Positions 61,380 through 64,000 of a stretch of 64,000 bases of DNA are shown here, one piece after another. The notes under the pieces were generated by a model that did not search any database, was not told the origin of the DNA, and worked only from the letters and a program-made list of their open reading frames with translations. A program made the position numbers and the translations under genes. Position 1 is the first letter of the stretch; every line of letters starts with the position of its first letter. The stretch is from positions 2,281 to 66,280 of the forward strand of contig JAZSOO010000003.1 of assembly GCA_045536935.1 (NCBI GenBank). The letters run 5' to 3'. Source of the stretch: Eubacteriales bacterium (GTDB lineage: Bacteria; Bacillota; Clostridia; Oscillospirales; CAG-382).

Positions 61380-62357
61380 CTAAAAAAGTTTTGCCGTTTT
61401 GTAAAGTTCTTCAAGACTTTCTGCTACGCTGTCGGGGGAGATGATCTCAATATCGTTGCCGAATCCCATGATCCAACCGAGAAAAACGGGACTTGGTACG
61501 ACGTTAACGTGTATACGGAAACGGTCACCGTCGTTGAGTATCGTTATATCGCTGCCGAATTTGTCGAGCATAACGTTGGCAAGACGGTTTGCACAGGAGA
61601 GGGTAACTCTTTCGGCTTTGCCTCCGAACATTCCGAATACAGAGCCGGAATAGGAAGCAATATCAAACCTTTTAAATTCTTCTTCGCCGATTCTTTCTTT
61701 TTCGGAAAGAACGGTTTCAAGCATTTTATCAACACGGTAATGACGGATGTCTTTTTTATCGTTATCAAATCCGACAAGATAATAATTACTGTCGTCCCAA
61801 ACGAGCGACCAAGGGCTAACGTCGTAACGCTTTCCGCCGTTGCGAAGCTCTTTTTTCTTGTCTGATGTCCAAGAGAAATAGGCAAACGATATGCAGCGAT
61901 CTGCTTCTATGGCATCGTGGATAATATCGATTGCCTTATAAATATCCTCGTTGTCGGATTTTTTGCGGTTGGAAACGAAAACGGCACGGTTCAAGGATTT
62001 TCTGTCGTGCTCGTTGGCAAGGGAAGCAAGCTTTTTGATCAGCGTTGCGCTTTTCTTTTCGGTTATAAACTTTGAAGCACGTACCGCATCGACCAATAAT
62101 TTAAGCTCGGGAAGCTGGAATTCACGCTCGCCGACGTAATAGCCGGAATACCTGCCCTTGACGGTTTGAATATCCAAGCCAAGCTCACGCAGGGTCTCGA
62201 GGTCGTTATAAATACTCTTGCGTTCTGCAGAAACACCGTATGCATTAAGTGCGGAAATGATTTCCTTCATAGATATGGGGTGATCGGGCCCCGTGCGCTC
62301 AAGCAGGATCGAACGCAGAAGGGAAAGCTTTTTCTTTTGGTTTGACGACCTTGCCAT
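61380..62357 (-). CDS. HTH + WYL domain transcriptional regulator
   Basis: 325 aa. N-terminal winged-HTH (LSLLRSILLE..ISMKEIISAL). Central WYL-like segment (SPWSLVWDDSNYYLVGFD...IRHYRVDKM). C-terminal WCX-like extension. Confidence 0.82.
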   Translation of the reverse strand: MARSSNQKKKLSLLRSILLERTGPDHPISMKEIISALNAYGVSAERKSIYNDLETLRELGLDIQTVKGRYSGYYVGEREFQLPELKLLVDAVRASKFITEKKSATLIKKLASLANEHDRKSLNRAVFVSNRKKSDNEDIYKAIDIIHDAIEADRCISFAYFSWTSDKKKELRNGGKRYDVSPWSLVWDDSNYYLVGFDNDKKDIRHYRVDKMLETVLSEKERIGEEEFKRFDIASYSGSVFGMFGGKAERVTLSCANRLANVMLDKFGSDITILNDGDRFRIHVNVVPSPVFLGWIMGFGNDIEIISPDSVAESLEELYKTAKLF

Positions 62358-62397
62358 AGAATCGCTCCTCTCGGTTTTTTTCTTCCATATATATTAT

Positions 62398-62426
62398 ATT
62401 ATAAAACCTATACAGACAAAAGTCAA
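62398..62426 (-). promoter_or_regulatory. Putative sigma-A promoter of the WYL regulator gene
   Basis: Minus strand TTGACT-17 nt-TATAAT. Confidence 0.55.
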
Positions 62427-62488
62427 TCGTGGCGAAAGCTTGAAAATGCAGGTTTGTTAAATTTTACAAGAAAAATAGTAAAAAACTC

Positions 62489-62517
62489 TTGACAAAGGCT
62501 TGACGGGGTGTTATTAT
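62489..62517 (+). promoter_or_regulatory. Putative sigma-A promoter of rpoB
   Basis: TTGACA (62489-62494), 17 nt, TATTAT (62512-62517). The leader to the ATG is about 130 nt. Confidence 0.55.
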
Positions 62518-62654
62518 ATTAAACTGCACTACAATGCGGAACTTATGCCGTTTTTGAGGTTATGTTAACCGACAAAAAAGCCGATTTTCCGCATAGGACA
62601 ATGAACAAAGCAGATGTTCACAGGCGAAGAACAAAGAATGGAGTGATTGGTTAA

Positions 62655-64000
62655 ATGGTAAAAGAACGACTTCTCGGAAAAACCCTCAGAATGTCTTTTT
62701 CCAAGAACGATGAGGTTCTCGAAATCCCAAATCTTATTGAAGTGCAGAAAAAATCCTTCAAAGATTTTGTAGAGCGTGATATCGGCGACGTATTGAGAGA
62801 TATCTCGCCTATGATGGATTATTCGGGCAACCTTATTATCGAGTTTGTCGATTATTCTCTTGATGAAACTCCCAAGTACAGCATTGAAGAATGCAAGGAA
62901 CGTGATCTCAACTATGCTACCCCCTTCAAGGTGACCGTACGTCTTACGAACAAGATCACCAGCGAAGTTAAAGAGCAAGAGATCTATATGGGCGATTTCC
63001 CGCTTATGACAGACAGCGGAACCTTTATTATCAACGGTGCGGAACGTGTCGTTGTTTCTCAGGTCGTCCGTTCCCCCGGTATATATTATGAAGCAATCGA
63101 TGACAAATCGGGTAAGAATCTCCTTGCCGCTACCGTAATTCCTTACCGTGGCGCATGGCTTGAATACGAAACCGATAACTCCGACGTATTCTACGTTCGT
63201 ATCGATAAAAACCGTAAGATCCCGATAACCGTACTTCTCCGTGCGTTCGGTTTGGGCTCTAACGAATCGATCCTTGAAAAATTCGGTGATGAACCTCTCT
63301 TGAAGGCGACCTTCGAGAAGGATACCATGCTTGCCGAAGTTGACCGTGTTATTCAGGCGGGCGGTATGACCAACCCCGTTGATGAAGCACTTAAAGAGAT
63401 CTATCGCAAATTACGTCCCGGCGATCCGCCTATCGTCGAAAGTGCGCAAATTCTTATAAACAACCTCTTCTTCGACGAAAAGAGATATGATATCTCTCAG
63501 GTCGGCAGATATAAATTCAATAAAAAGCTTGCTATGGCAAAACGTATCACCGGTCAGACTCTCTCCCGTGATGCAGTTTCTCCGATAACCGGCGAAGTTA
63601 TCTTTGAAGCAGGCAGAAAGCTTTCCAGAACCGAAGCAGAAGCTATCGAAGCTGCAGGTGTTTGCGAAGTTTGGCTTACCTGCATGGAAGAAGATAAGGA
63701 AGTTGAAGTAAAGGTATTCACAAACCGTATGGTAGACGCTTCTGCGGTTACCGGTATTTCCGATGAAATTCTCGGTTTCGGTGAATACGTATCTATCGAT
63801 CCTCTCGTTCGCATCATCAACGAAGTCGGCCTTTCCGACGTTGATGCGTTCAAGAAGGCTTGCGATAAGGCTATCGACGAGCTTATTCCCAAGCATATCA
63901 CTATCGACGACATTCTTGCGTCGGTAAACTATATTTTCTGTCTCTACCACAACGTTGGTAAGACCGACGATATCGACCATCTCGGCAACCGCCGTTTGCG
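62655..64000 (+). CDS. rpoB: DNA-directed RNA polymerase beta subunit, 5' partial (runs off the window)
   Basis: Not in the ORF track because it has no stop in the window. My own translation from ATG 62655 (GGAGTG RBS) gives MVKERLLGKTLRMSFSKNDEVLEIPNLIEVQKKSFKDF.. The frame stays open to 64000 and ends in the conserved GKTDDIDHLGNRRLR motif. Confidence 0.95.
   Translation, partial: MVKERLLGKTLRMSFSKNDEVLEIPNLIEVQKKSFKDFVERDIGDVLRDISPMMDYSGNLIIEFVDYSLDETPKYSIEECKERDLNYATPFKVTVRLTNKITSEVKEQEIYMGDFPLMTDSGTFIINGAERVVVSQVVRSPGIYYEAIDDKSGKNLLAATVIPYRGAWLEYETDNSDVFYVRIDKNRKIPITVLLRAFGLGSNESILEKFGDEPLLKATFEKDTMLAEVDRVIQAGGMTNPVDEALKEIYRKLRPGDPPIVESAQILINNLFFDEKRYDISQVGRYKFNKKLAMAKRITGQTLSRDAVSPITGEVIFEAGRKLSRTEAEAIEAAGVCEVWLTCMEEDKEVEVKVFTNRMVDASAVTGISDEILGFGEYVSIDPLVRIINEVGLSDVDAFKKACDKAIDELIPKHITIDDILASVNYIFCLYHNVGKTDDIDHLGNRRL

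Overview
Chromosomal window from a Clostridia-type Firmicute. This assignment is by eye, from AGGAG-type RBSs, TTGACA-17-TATAAT promoters, a SpoIID/LytB gene and cohesin/dockerin modules. No transposase, CRISPR array or cas gene is visible. Core housekeeping genes are smpB-ssrA (tmRNA), valS, pcrA, ftsK, uppP, metH/metF/metY, nagA, tRNA-Val(GAC) and the 5' part of rpoB. They are interspersed with accessory cell-surface genes: a 1796-aa S8 protease carrying both dockerin and cohesin-like modules, a cohesin-(EEPS)n-Ig x5 protein, a dockerin-only mini-protein and two CBM9-like proteins. The best candidate for an undescribed system is the minus-strand cluster at 57955-62357. It holds a WYL regulator, a VTC-like polyphosphate-polymerase domain protein, a DUF4956 membrane protein and a Cthe_2159-type beta-helix lipoprotein, with the last three genes overlapping. 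I read it as a possible polyanion synthesis and export module. Other points worth a second look are listed here. (1) A 22-bp duplication of the tmRNA 3' end, which looks like an att scar. (2) An orphan phage receptor-binding-protein-like gene beside a tyrosine recombinase. (3) A minimal cohesin/dockerin pair flanking tRNA-Val. (4) A striking family of nested, hairpin-based intergenic repeat modules at six or more loci. (5) Methionine genes without visible riboswitch leaders, headed by a YerC/YecD-like regulator. (6) A low-GC XRE-lipoprotein islet. All family assignments are motif-level recognitions made by eye and need HMM or BLAST confirmation.
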